From positions 4,595,021 through 4,659,020 of the forward strand of contig NC_057718.1 in assembly GCF_004010195.1 (NCBI RefSeq): 64,000 nt of DNA. Reading direction: 5' to 3'. The translations under genes and the position numbers were made by a program. The notes beneath the pieces are model-generated. The model ran no database searches. It saw only the letters and a list, made by a program, of their open reading frames with translations, and had not been told where the DNA came from. This DNA is from Chiloscyllium plagiosum. Lineage: Eukaryota. Positions 39,201 through 52,626 of the stretch are shown piece after piece (the first letter of the stretch is position 1; each line of letters starts with the position of its first letter).

Positions 39201-40340
39201 ACTGTTTAGGATCCCACCCCTGCCAGACTCATTTAAACCCTCACGGGTGGCTCGAGCAAATCTCCCTGGTATAATATTGGTCCTCCTCCAGTTTGGGTGC
39301 AACCTGTCTCTCTCTCTATAGGTCACTTATGCCCTAGAAGAGATTCTAAAGATCTGAATCCCTGCCCCTGCAACAGCCACGCATTCATCTGCCCTATCCT
39401 CCTATTCCCACTTCCACTAGTACGTGGCACTGGGAGTCATCCAGAGATTACTACCCTTCCGGTTCTGCTTTTAAACCTCCTGCCTAACTTCCCCCATATT
39501 CACTCTGCAGGATGTCAACCCTTTTTCGACCTGTGTCATTTGATACCAATGTGTACAATGACCTCCGGCTGCTCACTGTCCCCTTTGAGAATCTGCTGTA
39601 GCCACTCCAAGATGTCCTTGAAACTGGCACATGGGAACCAAGACACCATCTTGGAGTCTCACTTGTCACCTCTGAAAAGCCGGTCTCTGCCCCTGACTGG
39701 AGAGGCCCCGGTCACAATGTACTCGCTTGGACTTTGCCATGCCCTGCTTTACAACAGAGCCAGTTGCAGTGCCAAAAACCTGGCTGTTGCTGCTATTTTC
39801 CCTGAGAGGTCAACCCCCTCCCTTGACAACAGTATCCAAAATGGTTTACTGTTTGAGAGAGAGATAGGCACAGGAGACTTCTGAACTACTGCCTACCTCT
39901 CCTGAGAGTGACTCATCTACCTGCAGTATGACCACCTCCCTGCAGCTACAGACTATCACACTCTGCGTTCTGTATGCTCCTCAGTGTGTCCTGACTGCTG
40001 CTCCAATCGATCCAAGCCAATCACACTTCCTGCAGACAGAGTCACCAGGAACACATGACTGCTCCCTGAACTCCTACATCTGACAAGAGGAGCAAACAGC
40101 CACTGACTGCCATCTCTGTCCCTTTAACAACAGATGGATATGTTTTGGCTCGACCTCCTCAACAAAACCTGATTTTCACCCAGGCCCACTCTTCGGTCTA
40201 ATCAGTAGCACCTCAACCACAAAGCAGCCCCTTGCAAAAAAATCCTGGAATAAGACACATCAATGCCTCCCTCCCCCACATGCCTGAACTCCCACACTTT
40301 AATTCAATTCCCAGGGATTGCACACTCTTGCTGGTCAGAC
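36205..40340 (-). mobile_element. Second near full-length degenerate CR1 LINE
   Basis: KSKTRGHRFNVRG...WNELP (3'), VAIVGDFNVPNIDWD (EN), esterase region 39300-39700, Zn-finger remnant ~40020-40100. Confidence 0.88.
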
Positions 40341-40649
40341 TGTGTGGTCTAGGCCTTGCTTTTATAGTATAAGGCCCGCAAAACCCAGATCTAACCAGTT
40401 TACTTATCTAGATTAATTAGCTACCACACTAGGAGAGGTTGTTTAAGCTTTCCTTAGGCCTGAAAGAAATAAAATACAATCTGTAAGTGTCTGTCCGTCC
40501 CTTATCCACAGGTTTAGATTTTAAGAATGCAGAAGATTAAGATTATACTCTTAACCCACCCCCCACCTCCCCCCCACTTGAGCTTAGCTCCCAACAATAT
40601 CCTCCTATTGCTGGTCACACTCTAGGAGTAATTGCTGCCCTAACCAGCA

Positions 40650-41060
40650 ACATTCACATGCCCATAAATTTTTTTAAAAATCTCTGCATATCCCAGTGTT
40701 TCACAGCCAATGAAATACTTTTGAAATGAGGTTGCTTTTCTAATCAAAGGAAGTGCAGGTAGTTAACTTTCTCACAAGAGTAACATACAGTGGTCATGCT
40801 ATTGTGTCAGATGGTCTGATTTGGGTGATGTCAGATAAGGGTAGATATTGGTCCAGTCACTCTGGAGCGAGAGATGCTCCTCTCCTTTTCCTGCGCAAAC
40901 ATGTGAAGCTGGGTTTAACTTCCTGACCTTAAGTTGGCATCTCTGACTGTGTGCTGTACTCTCTCTCTAACACCATGGGAGTATCAGCCTGGACTTTGCT
41001 CCAGCCTCTACAGTTATGCCTGAGCCCCTGAACCTGTGACTCAGCTGCAAGTCCTGCCTA
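40650..41060 (-). mobile_element. SacSINE1/DeuSINE-like SINE
   Basis: TTTCACAGCCAATGAAATACTTTTGAA (reverse Deu/tail) and GGGAGTATCAGCCTGGA head region. Confidence 0.55.
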
Positions 41061-41685
41061 CAGCTTGATGGCTGGTACCTGCTCAGTCCTGTCTCAAATG
41101 GACAGCTTGCTACCCTGCTTCATATGGAAATCGTGCAGCTAGACAACTTGCTGGTCTGGGCACCATCATAGCACCAATAGTGCATAGATAAGGATATCGT
41201 CATGGTATGAAGAGATATCAACCACTGTTGTTTATGGTACCAAGAATGAGCACTGTCTGTTAGGAAAGCACATGATGTTGGATAATGGATAAGATTGTAA
41301 TTTTATTTTATATCATGTATATAATACACATGAAAAATAACTAGTACTGGCTGCCTGGCATGTTTTATTTCTCTTTCCCCTTTGTCTTTTCCTGTCTATT
41401 GGTCTCGGCATCCGCTTGTCTCTTTCTTTCTCGCTGGTTGGAGGTTGGGCTTTTTGAGCAGCCTGGTGGACCTGGGATTCTTATAGAGTGCATCTGTCTG
41501 TTAGTGCTGAGAAATCAACACTTCCATTTTCCATTCTTCGTTCACTCTCTCCACCACAATACATCTGCCAATAGCTGAGGAGTGGGCTGCATCAAATAAT
41601 CCGGAGAATAATGTGAATGCTTTTTTTTCCAGAAAAGAAACTTGTATCATGGTTTATTGATTTCATTTCTGAACAGTTTCTATAT

Positions 41686-41748
41686 GTACACACTCACTCT
41701 CACACTCTCTCTCACTCTCTCACTCTCACGCTCACACTCACACTCACT
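41686..41748. repeat. Compound (CA)/(CT) microsatellite
   Basis: Seen directly. Confidence 0.9.
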
Positions 41749-42554
41749 TTTTTGACTTACAGCTGATGGGAGGAAAACAGAAGCAACCAGAAATTCAGAA
41801 CTAACGTGTAAAAAGTGATACTTTTGAGTAGAAGTTATGAAGGCTGTGAGCTGGAAGGGCAGCTGAAGTACGTGGCTGTTTGGGAGTTGGCACTGACACA
41901 ATGAGTAGAATGACCTTGTGTGTGTAAAATGCTATATTTTGCAAACAAGATAACAAGTGATTTCCTAATCAGCTGCTTTGCTGTGATACCATGATTTTTG
42001 GCTCTAACTCTGAATGCTCTTAGCATTCCCCTTTTAACCAGTCAGTGCTGGATGAGTCAGACTTTTTTTTTGTTTCAAACTTTGGCTTGAAAGACGTGTC
42101 ATGCAACAATAATAACTTGCATTTATGTAGCACAAAACTTTGTGGGACATTCCATAGGAGGATAATCAAAAAATTGACATTAAGCCATGTAAGGCCTTAT
42201 TGGGGAAGGTGACAAAAGTCTTAGTTGGTTTAAATATCACAATCTGTCCTGAGGCCCCCCCTGACCTGCTCCGATTTCCAGTTTGGGAATTTGGGTGGAT
42301 GTTTGGGAGAATCATCTTGTGAATCAAATTGGAAAACAGGATTTTGTCTTTGAACGCCTTCTAGAGGTGGTTACACTTTAATGTTCATTGGACAGTCTGT
42401 CTCAGCACCTTGTGCTGCCTGATGGTGGAGTATGTAAGGGTAAAATCACCACAGTCCTACAGGACTGTTTGAGGGGGATGACTGATGGTGAGTTTAAGCT
42501 GAGGGTCACCATGCTTTGGACAAGGTTGGGAAGGTAGGATCTTCATCATAGACT

Positions 42555-42895
42555 CATAGAATCCCTACAGTTTGGAAACAGGTCCTTCGGCCCAACAAGC
42601 CCATACCGACCTTCCAAAGAGTAACCCACCCAGACTCATTCTCCTACTACTCGACATTTCCCCTGACTAATGCACCTAACCTATGCATTCCTGAACACTA
42701 TGGCAATTTAGCATGGCCAGTCCACCTAACCTGCACATCTTTGGGTTGTGTGAGGAAACCAGAGCACCCAGAGGAAACCCACACAGACACTGGGAGAATG
42801 TATAAACTCCACACAGATAGTCGCCCGAGGTAGGAATCGAACCTGGGTCCCTGGCGCTGTGTGGCAACAGTGCTAACCACTGAGCCACTGCCAAC
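42555..42895 (-). mobile_element. Full-length HE1-type SINE
   Basis: Reverse GGCAGTGGCTCAGTGGTTAGCACTGTTGCCACACAGCGCCAGGGACCCAGGTTCGATTCC...TAGGGATTCTATGA. Confidence 0.92.
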
Positions 42896-44422
42896 CCAAA
42901 TGTTAACCTCTGGTGCTGCAGGAATTCAACCCACCCTGTTGGGCTTCACTCTGCATCATAAAGCATCCATAGCAAACTGACATTCGGCAAAACGTGTACT
43001 GGAGTGACACAGCTACCTGGATCATTGCTGATTGAATCACTCAGAACATGACAGCTCACCCTCTTCTGATAATCTGAACCACTCGAAGTGAGAGATAGCC
43101 AAAGTTCCTTGTACTGACTGTGAAGTACAGTTGATTTTCAGTTTTTAAGTATGGAGTCAAAAAATGTGGTGTTGGAAAAGCACAGCTGGTCAGGCAGCAT
43201 CCGAGGAGCAGGAGAGTCGACATTTTGAGTGTAAGCTCTTCAGCGGGGTATTAAGTGTGGAGATTTTGGGGTGAGGTCAGGTGTAAAGGTTAAGGGCTGA
43301 TGGTCAGTGTTGGGGGAAGTGAAGATGGTTACTGATGGTCTGCCACTCTGCGCAAGAGGAGGCTCCAAGGTTATTTATGCAAGTTTTTATTTACTCTTCG
43401 GACGTGGGACTGGCTGGGCCCAGCGTTTATTGCCCGTCCCTAGTTGTCCCCTTGAGAAGGTGGGGATGAGCTGCCTTCTTGAACAGCTGCAGTCCATGTG
43501 CTGTACATAGACCCACAATGCCCTTAGGGAGGGAATTCTAGGATTTTGACCCAGTGACACTGAAGGAGTGGCAATATATTTCCAAGGTAAGTGTCTTGAA
43601 GGGGAACATGTATCTGTTGCCTATGTCCTTCTCGGTTGAGGTGGTTGTGCTGTGTGAGGATCTTTGGTGAATTTCTGCAGCCCATCTTGTAGATGGTACA
43701 CACTGCTGTGACTGAGTGTTGGTATTGGAGAGTGTCAGTGTTTGTGAATGTGATGCTAACTAAAATTCTTCCCTCACCTTCAGAGCCTCAGTGAATCAAT
43801 TTTCCTACATTTCGATACAAAGTAAAGTCGCTTGAACCCAATGTTGAGAACGAAACACATCCATTGGTGTGTGTTTTTCTTTGAGATGCTAATTAGCTTT
43901 CTTTACTTGGGGCTCACACTGGCCAGATTGGATCCTTTCACCTGCAGTGACGTTTCAGCTGTAAATCCAGGTTTGTGTACCAGGGGCTTGAAAGGGCACT
44001 GTGCAATCCACTGTCATCCTGCTCTCTGAAAGAGGCTTTTCTCAATTGGGTAGGAAGCAGAGGTATGTCAATGGAGTTCGTTTTGAATATTTTTACATCA
44101 GAGAAGGGTAGATCTTTGGTTAGGCTATTGCGGGAGGGTAAGTGGGAATGTGGATTTGTGATTGCCATCAGGTTAACCGTGATTTCATTGAATGGTGGAG
44201 CGAGGTCGAGAGGCCGAATGGCCTCCTCAGACTCCTTGTTTGTATGAATCGAGGTGCAAATCCGCTATGATTGGAGAGAATGGTGGGCCAGTCCCAAGGG
44301 GCCGAATGGCCTCTTGTTGAGGTTCCTGAGCACATTGTAAGGTATTTGGTGTTGGTGTTCACGGTTGGTATATTGTCTACAGTGATGAACTAATCATCCC
44401 TCTTTAATATCTCACTCTCCAG

Positions 44423-44770
44423 GTCATGTTAAAGTGAGATGTAAAGAGGAGCAAATCACAGCCAAGGCTGGTGAAGATGACATCATCCAGTGCCGATTTT
44501 ATTCCAGAAACAAGGCTGGCAGTGTGGCTTTCGTTTGGAAGAAGGAGGATGCTGCAGGGATTATCTACAATTACACGATGAGCCACAGCAGCCTGGAGGA
44601 ACAGGAACCCAGCTACCGAGACAGAGTCGAGGTCTTTGACAATGAAATTCCGAAAGGGAATGTGTCCCTTAGATTGAAGAACGTGACTCTCTCTGACTCT
44701 GGTATCTACAAACTCTCCGTTGCCACCCGATCCCAAACCACTGAGACACAGGTCTTGCTCAGTATAAGAG
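44423..44770 (+). CDS. IgV exon of B7/butyrophilin-family receptor (VTCN1/B7-H4-like by eye)
   Basis: Acceptor ctctccag|, donor AG|GTAAGA, 348 nt, phase 1-1; GEDDIIQCRF, VW, EQEPSYRDRVEVF, GNVSLRLKNVTLSDSGIY are B7/BTN V-set motifs. Confidence 0.92.
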
Positions 44771-46140
44771 GTAAGAATAGGCAACTTTCGTCTTGTTGAC
44801 TAAAACAAAAATGGATTCATTGCTTCTTTCAGAAACTCTTGTACAGGTGTCAGTCTGATCATGATTGGAGAAAAGCAGTATTTAAACTTGGATACTAAAA
44901 GCATTTATTATACAGATATATATATTTTTTAAAAATCAAAATTAAATCCTGTCCTGGGCTTTGTTTGTGTTCCTTCCCTCAATCTGCGCCCAGCATCTTT
45001 CCACAGCAGCTCAAGCGAGTCCAGGAAATCATCGTGTGTGGGATTGGGATCATGGCTTGAGACATTTGCTATTACTTGTGGTCGTATGTCAGAGCTCTAA
45101 CACAATGTGCCACATTGCTGCCTCCTTATTCATCAGTGCTTTTTAAAAGCAGAAGGGATCTGGAGAGGAGTACTTTCAACTGGAAGTACTGCTGCTCCCA
45201 TCTGGACAAGGTAATTTAAAACGTGTATGATGCCTCTGCCTTGGAATGCATTGTCTGTCATCTCGTTGGGCTGATAAAAGTAACGTATATACCGTAATCG
45301 TCTCATTCGTTGTTATAAGGTGCACTTTAATCTGCTGAATGTTAATGGGTGATGACCCCTCTCTGACTAGAGTCTTTAATAATAATAATTATCATCCTCT
45401 TTCTTGCAATGGAGGAGTTTCTGGCAAGGTGGACTTCTGTTTTCCATCCCCGTAGTTGTCCTACGACTGGGCGATAAATACCATCTGAAGTGAGTCCGTT
45501 GAGGATCAGTCATGTTGAAGTCTCTCAGACACCCAGATTTAATTCCTGGAAGGCTAATCAAAGAATGGGAATTTTGATTTGGGGTGAGTTAGGATTTGGG
45601 CAGTCCAGTTTTCCACCTGCTCAGATAGATAACACAACCATGGGCAAGTTTCCCCAACAAATGGGCTGAGTTGTGTGGTGACTGCATAGTTCACAAGAAA
45701 TCCCACAGGCGTCTGCCCCTGTTTGAGGGAGAGAGAAAGAGAGAGTGAGTTGGTTACATACCACTGCACATTAAGCTGTGGACAAAGCAAGGAGGTGTTG
45801 TGGACTCTAATTTCCACATTAAAAGCCATGCTGCATCGAGCTCTGGCCGTGTAGCCAAATGAACTGAAGTGTGGAGATGGTTTATATTATGGAGGAGCAG
45901 AAGTAGGCATCTTGGGTCTTCATGAGGGATTTGGGGTGAGCAGCTCAGGTTGGGGTCGGATCTGTGCTGTGCAGCTTACGTATCCTGCCTTTCTCATTCT
46001 AGTAATGGTATTAGTTCCTTCTCTCCAATGGAGTAAAGTTTCAAGTCTTTGCCAGTTACTGAAAATATAAAACAGTAGCTCCACTGAATCTGCCTCTTTT
46101 ATGGCCTGGGATACTGATCAGAGGCACCAAGCCAGAGTAC

Positions 46141-46760
46141 TGTTATGGACCAGAACAAACCCCCTTAAAATATATTAAGGTAGCCTTGACCCAACTTGTT
46201 CTTATTTTAAAGGTAAACGTCAAGTTCCATGTTTCAGATGCAGTTTGATTGATCAAAGTACTCGATGCTAAACAAAACACAATTTATTCAAACACCATAG
46301 TTAAAATACAACAAAAGAAACAGGAATTTGGAATAGCTTAACTCTATTGGAAAACCTAACAGAATAAATACAGTAACTATTACTCATTAACTGTTCCAGC
46401 ATAGTAACATTGATTAACACATCCTTTAGCAAAGAGGTAAATTTAGACAAACTGATTTGTCTCCCATGCCTAGGAAGAGAATACCCAGCTTTTAGCTGTA
46501 ATTTGAGAGAGGAACAAATGGCTTTCACTTCTTCAAGACCTCAACAACAACTGCTACTGAAAACAAAAAATCTTGGTTCGGTGGGTGGGAGCTTGACTAC
46601 ACCCATTCAGGCTGCTTCTATTGTACCAACTTCTTAAGAAAAAAACACCCAAGGCTTCACTGGTTGTTTATCTTCTCACAGACTGCTCGGTACTTGTCCC
46701 CCAATCTCTCTCAAAGAAACCAGGACAAAACACACCTCTTAAAGCCACAGCATCCTCATT
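46141..46760 (-). mobile_element. Solo LTR-like element (~620 bp)
   Basis: Starts TGTTATGG; minus-strand AATAAA at ~46283-46288; layout similar to 13118-13995; right end degenerate. Confidence 0.5.
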
Positions 46761-47439
46761 GTAAACATACTGGCTGAGGACCACATAATTACTTGGAAGT
46801 ACTGAGCTTCTCCAATGAATTTTCAGTGCTGGGTCGGGTGCAGGGTTGAGACAAGCACCGTGGTCTTAGTGAGATAACTGAATAACGCCATCAGGAGGGA
46901 ATTCAATTTCCAAATCCCTTTGGAACAGAGAGAGAGAATTTATACAGCATCTTCTTTATATCCAGAACAATTTACAGAATAATATATTTTTGATTTGTAG
47001 TTGCTTTTGTATCATGGAAAGTGCAGCAGCAAATTGACATTCAGCAAGCTTTCACAAGTAGTAATTGATAACAGCAAGTGTCATGTCCTGGCCAAGTCTC
47101 CAAATAGAGCACGCGCGCGCACACACACACACACCCACACCTTTTACTGCAACTTTTTGACATGTTCCACCTTTGCCCTGGATAGGACAATGTTAGAGAG
47201 ATTATCTGGGGAAGGGGGGGGTTAGGTACACGCTTGTGTAGAACTCGAGAGAAAGTGTTGGGGGGGGGGGGGGGGGGGCCGGGGTGGGTTGGCGAAAGAC
47301 GTCAATCATTTGGAGACGGTGCCTGGGCTCTCATCCATCCAGGACTGTTCTTGGTAGCATTTCAGTCAGCCGAGTTCACTTTTAATCACTGTAAACGAAA
47401 GATGTGATCAGTATTGGAAATGTGTCTTTGATGTAATGC

Positions 47440-47520
47440 ATCTTGGGATCTTGAGATCTCCTTTGGATAATCCGATTATTTGGATAATTGATATTCAGAT
47501 AATCGAGGTTCCTCTCTATG
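47440..47520. mobile_element. Tigger-like TIR remnant
   Basis: Repeated GGATAAT/GATAATC ending ATAATCGAGGTTCCTCT; partner TIR not found. Confidence 0.45.
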
Positions 47521-48029
47521 CCCTCTGCAATGAGAACTTCTTTAAGACCTCTCATGTTTCTTAACAAATTCAATTACTCAGGTGACAAGGGATGGTGAAG
47601 TCTTGTGGAGAGGTCGAGCACTGAGTGAAGTTGTGCCATCTCCCAAGCAGCATAAGTGAAGTTCTAAGGCAACTGTGGAGAGGTTGTTTCCCCTAGGACT
47701 CTGGTCTTAGACCAGAGGGTCTAATTTCAGAACAAGGAACAACCATTTTCAGACAGCAATGAGGAGGGATTCCTTCTTAGAGGCTAGTGAATCTGTGCAG
47801 TTCTTTACTGCAGAGGCTGGGTCAATAAAAATCTATCACAGCCTTGAATACACTTAATTAGTCAGGGAATCAAGGGTATAGGGAAAAGGCAGGAAAATGG
47901 AAGGATTATTGGGTCAACCATGATCTCATTGAATGATAGAACAGATTTGATGGGCTAAATGCTTTACTTCTGCTCCTACAGCTTGTGCTCCAACACTTAT
48001 AGTTTTAATGGTGACCTTATGGTTTTGGG

Positions 48030-48365
48030 CTGGCATGATGGCTCAGTGGTTAGCACTACTGCCTCACAGCACCATGGATCCAGGTTCGATTCCAGCCTTT
48101 GGTGACTGTCTGTGTGGAGTTTTCACATTGTCTCTGTGTCTGTTTGGGTTTCTTCTGGGTGCTCCTGTTTCCTCCCACAGTCCAAAGATGTGTAAGTTAG
48201 ATGGATCGGCCACTTTAAATTGCCCGTAGTGTTCAGGGATGTATAGGTTAGGTGGATTATTGGGATATGCAGGGTTAGAGTGATACAGTAGGGGAGTGTT
48301 TCTGGGTGGGTTGGGGTGGACTTGATGATCCAAATGACCAGCTTCCACGCTGTAGGGATTCTGTG
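48030..48365 (+). mobile_element. HE1-type SINE
   Basis: TGGCTCAGTGGTTAGCACTACTGCCTCACAGC...GGTTCGATTCC...CTGTAGGGATTCTGTGA. Confidence 0.9.
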
Positions 48366-50084
48366 ACTTTTGGGGACTATTGTAGTGACTGGGATTGTTA
48401 AAGGTGCAGATGGATGGTGGGAAATTGCCTGCTTTCTGTCTGTTCTGCAGTGCAATCAATCTGGTGAATCATGTAAAAATAACCAGAATTTATAGAAATT
48501 TATTTCCCTTTAGATTTTTAACTCTGCGAGGTCAATGATTTATACTGGAGCACAGATAGCTTTCTGCTCCAGGTCACCTTCCACACTGACCCCTGGTTTT
48601 CTTACTTGGGAGCTGAGAGAGTCATCCCTGAACCATGACTGAAAGATTCAAAAGGCCAAGTTTTCAGGGCACAGTGAAGAGGGTGGGGCCTGGGAAAAAA
48701 ATCTGTGATTGAACAACATGCAAAAATTTTAATATCAAGTATCTTTTTAGCTGGACATCCCTGGAAAATACAACAACCTGGTTCCTACTTTTGAACTTTT
48801 CATTTTCTGCCTCAGACTACCTGATGTTATAAACCTCTTGGAATTTAATTTGACCATGAGATCAGCCAAATAAATGATGTCATGTATTAGGAACATTGAG
48901 TGAATAAAGATATGGTTTACTGAAGAATGTTCAATTTGATGTAACCCACCCACCAGTGTCTCACTGTCTTTTGTATGCACATGAATTACGTTGAATTGTA
49001 CAGCACGGGAGGATGCTATTTGTCCCATTAGAACCAGTTCCAACTCTTTGAAAAACAACCCTCTAATTGGTCCCACTGTCCTGCCTAGTCACCCCTATCT
49101 CTTCATATGTTCCCTTTGTGTGTTTATCCAATTCCTTTCTGAAAGTCATCATGGAATTTGATTTCATTGCCTTTTCCAGCTGCGTATTCCAAATCATAAT
49201 GATATGCTGCAATTAAGAAAACAATTCTCCTTTTCCAGTTTGTTTCCAAATGTGCTAACTCTGATAAATGAAGTCTCTGATCCTCCTGCCTCCAGAACAG
49301 TAACTCCTTCACGACAAACTCTTAATTATTAAAATCTGTGTCAATTTTTCCCCCCACCCTTTAATCTTCTCTATGCAAAGGAAAACACCCCCAACCCCTC
49401 CACCTACCAAACTGAAGAGTGTCATCTGTGGAATATCAACAGAAGATGCTTGAAACCCTCAGCAGGCCTGGCAGCATCTTTGGAGAGAGAAACAGAGTTT
49501 ACTTCAGAACCCACACTGACCTCCAAAACATTAACTGGGTGCCACTCTTCACAGATGCTGATAGACCTGCTGTGTTTCTCCAGCTCTTTCTATTTTTATT
49601 CCAGATTTTCAGCATCTGCAGAATTTAGCATTTATTTATGTCAACCGTGATCTTGCTTAAGTAAATCTCCTCTGCACCTCGTACACGGTCGTCTTACGCT
49701 TCCTTGAGATTAATTGCCTGAATTGGACACATGATCCTAGTCGAGGCCTAACTGTTATTTTTTGAAGGTTAACCATCATTTCCTTTCTTTTGTCCCTGTT
49801 CGTGAAGCCCCAGGATCACATGGCACGTCAACTTGTTGTTAAAGGCAATTACTGAAGCCGGTTCAACTTCAACAAGACTCTGCTTCCATCCCCTTCTCTT
49901 CTGGTCTTCCCTGCCCTATTCCCACCTCATAACTGTAGCCATAAAGAGGGTCATCGATTCTCAAGCAGTTGTCCTGTGAGAGCCCCAGTGGACAGCAGTG
50001 CTGGTGTTTTAAAGAAGACTCAATGAGGTAAGGTTTCATCTGCCTTGCTGACTCAGTTCAGATTGTTTGCTTTTTGCTTTGCAG

Positions 50085-50366
50085 CTCTTGGCACGCAGCC
50101 TGTCATTCATTCACCTTCCGATGAGCTGGGCCTGTTGGTGCTGGTCTGCGAGTCCTCAGGGTGGTACCCGGCTCCTCGCGTGACCTGGGAAAATGGACTA
50201 GGCGAGAATCTAACCAGCTACTCGCACACACAGCTAACTAACTGCAAGGGTGGCAGTGTCTGTGTGAAGAGCACGCTAGAAATGGATAACTGGCCCACCG
50301 GCAACTACACGTGCACGATGTGGGACCAGGAATTGGATGAGGGAGTGTCGTCTACTTTCACTCTGA
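50085..50366 (+). CDS. IgC exon of B7/butyrophilin-family receptor
   Basis: Acceptor ttttgctttgcag|, donor A|GTGAGT, 282 nt, phase 1-1; (A)LGTQPVI..LVCESSGWYPAPRVTW..G.NL..NYTC matches BTN/B7 C domains. Confidence 0.92.
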
Positions 50367-51769
50367 GTGAGTATGGCCTGCAATATTGCAGTAAAGTTGT
50401 GTGAAATGGATAATGTCAGTGAAACTGTCTAACGTGGCCTGAAAAATTAAATCCAACTTCAGTTCGGCAGATTGTTCTGTTTTGATTTTTCTTTCGTTTT
50501 CTGGGGGGGGGGGGGGTCTGTGCTCAAAGCTTGCAAGACAGTTGGTAATAAGGATGGGGCGAGATCAGAGGTTTAATTTACACTGAGTTATGATGATCGA
50601 GGGTGCACTGCCTGCCCCAGTGGTGGGGGTGCAGTGAGTTGGATAAGTACTTGAAAAGGAGGCATTCACAAGTCTAGAAGGAGAGGACAGAGGAGTGGAA
50701 CCAATTGGACAGCACTTTCCAAGAGCTAGCACCGGTGCAATGGGCAGAGTGGCCTCTTTTGTTCTGAATTTCTGCCCAATGAAATGTTTTCTATTGAAAG
50801 TCATCCATAAAACCATAAGATATAGGAGCAGGATTAGGCCTTTCAGCCCATTGAGTCTGCTTTGTCATTTGATTGTATCTGATATGTTTCTTAAACCAAT
50901 TCACCAGCCTTCTCTCTGTAACCCTTGACCCACTTACTAATCAAGAGCCTACTTATCACTCTGTTAAAGACATTTAATGACTTGGTCTCCACAGCCCTCA
51001 ATGGCAATGAGTTACACAGATTAAGAATCATCTTGATGAAAACATTCCTCCTCATATCAGTTCTAAAGGGTCATCCCTTCACTCTGAGGTTGTCCCCCTG
51101 GGTGTTAGTCTCCTGGTCTCATTGTTCATTTGGCAGTCTTGGATATCAACACGCCTCTTTAGGGAGGTGTCTGGAGTAGGCCTAGCTTCCAGCAGTAACT
51201 GTAATCCTATTCCTTGAGAATGGAAGTTGAACTAAACCATCGTTGATTTGAGCAACTCTTATCATTTGGAACTGCCTGTGATGGTTGTGAGAGTTGGAAG
51301 CCAGAGACTTGATGAAAGAAATTAACCCTGAACCTACCTCAACTTTCCGTGGAGTGACCTCTTCACAATTCCTGCCCTGATTCGCTTCAGCCTTTTGGGG
51401 AGCCTCTGAGCCGGTTTGCTCTGGGAGGAGTGGAGGATGGCAGCAACCATTATTTAATGCTGTTTCTGGGATATAGGCTCCATTTAACACTAGACCCCCT
51501 CCCTGAAGTGTATTGAACTTGTAGTTTTACAGTGCTGTCAGCAACAGTTTAAAAGGACCTGTGGTATTTCCAGTTCCTTCTGACAACTAACTTGGACTGG
51601 TGACCAGCTCTAAGGCAGATTAAGGAATGCTGTCCTCTAGTGAACTGTGATTTCCACTTGAGAGCTTGCACCTTGTAGCCAGGTCACAGACTTCAGTGGC
51701 CCACTTTAGTGGCAGTGAGGAAGTCTGAAAGACTGACAAAGCCCCAGCCTTGAACTCGAGGAGACAGAC

Positions 51770-52060
51770 TCCGGTGGCACAATGGTTAGCACTGCTGTCT
51801 CACAGCACCAAGGATCTTGATTTGATTCCAGCCTCAGGTGACTGTGCAAACTCTACCAGACATTCTCCCCGTTTCCTCGCACAGTTCAAAGATGTGCAGA
51901 CTAGACAAATTGCCCAAAGTATCCAGGGATTTGCAGACTAAATAGGTTATCCTTGGGAAATGCTGGGTTACAGGGATGAAGAGGGTCTGGATGGGATGGT
52001 CTTTAGTGAGTTGATATTTCTCAATGGGCCAAATGACCTGCTCTGCACAGTAGGAATTCT
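51770..52060 (+). mobile_element. Degenerate HE1-type SINE
   Basis: GTGGCACAATGGTTAGCACTGCTGTCTCACAGC head; AAAGATGTGCAG core. Confidence 0.75.
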
Positions 52061-52531
52061 ATGGTAGTTCACCTGCAGCCTGCATCTCTGTAGCACCTTT
52101 AACATCCCAGGGACTTCACAGGAGAGTCATCCAGCAAAGGATGACATTGACCAAGTTTCCATACATGGCTCTAAGGGACAAGGAAGTACTTCAGGGAAGT
52201 GGGAGGCAGAGCCAGGAGGGAATTTCTGGAGGTTAAACCCTAAGCAGTTTGAAAGCTTTGCCAACAACACAGGAGCAGTGAAACTCGGGTGCACATGATG
52301 CCAGAGAACTTTGTTCTAGATCTGGAGGAGATCACAAGAAGGAGCAAGGATCTTGGAGGCGTTTCATAACAAGGTTAAGAATCCTTGTTACTGAGATTCC
52401 ACAGAATAGATGGTGGCTGATTTAAGAGGTAAATGTTTTAAATGCAGTGGTCAGAAAGCAGCTCTTAGGTTCTTGCATTGTGGGACTAAGACTAGAAGTG
52501 AATATCATAGCAATGTCTGAATGTTTTACAG

Positions 52532-52626
52532 TTCACAGGGTACCACTGGGTACAGTCATCGGTGCGACTGGTGCAAGCGTTTGTGCTTTCATTCTGATTG
52601 TCGCTGTCTGTTGGAGCTGGTGGTAA
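52532..52626 (+). CDS. Transmembrane exon (coding part) of B7/butyrophilin-family receptor; exon extends to donor at 52655
   Basis: Acceptor ttttacag|, phase 1 gives (I)HRVPLGTVIGATGASVCAFILIVAVCWSWW* (TAA 52624-52626); donor TG|GTGAGT at 52656; spliced ORF 783 nt = 260 aa. Confidence 0.8.

Noticed and set aside
39297..39884. 195-aa plus-strand ORF
   Set aside because: Antisense to the CR1 ORF1 esterase region
52539..52597. Alternative acceptor ttcacag| for the TM exon
   Set aside because: Phase-1 reading gives RYHWVQSSVRLVQAFVLSF* with no proper TM helix; cannot be excluded as a minor secreted isoform
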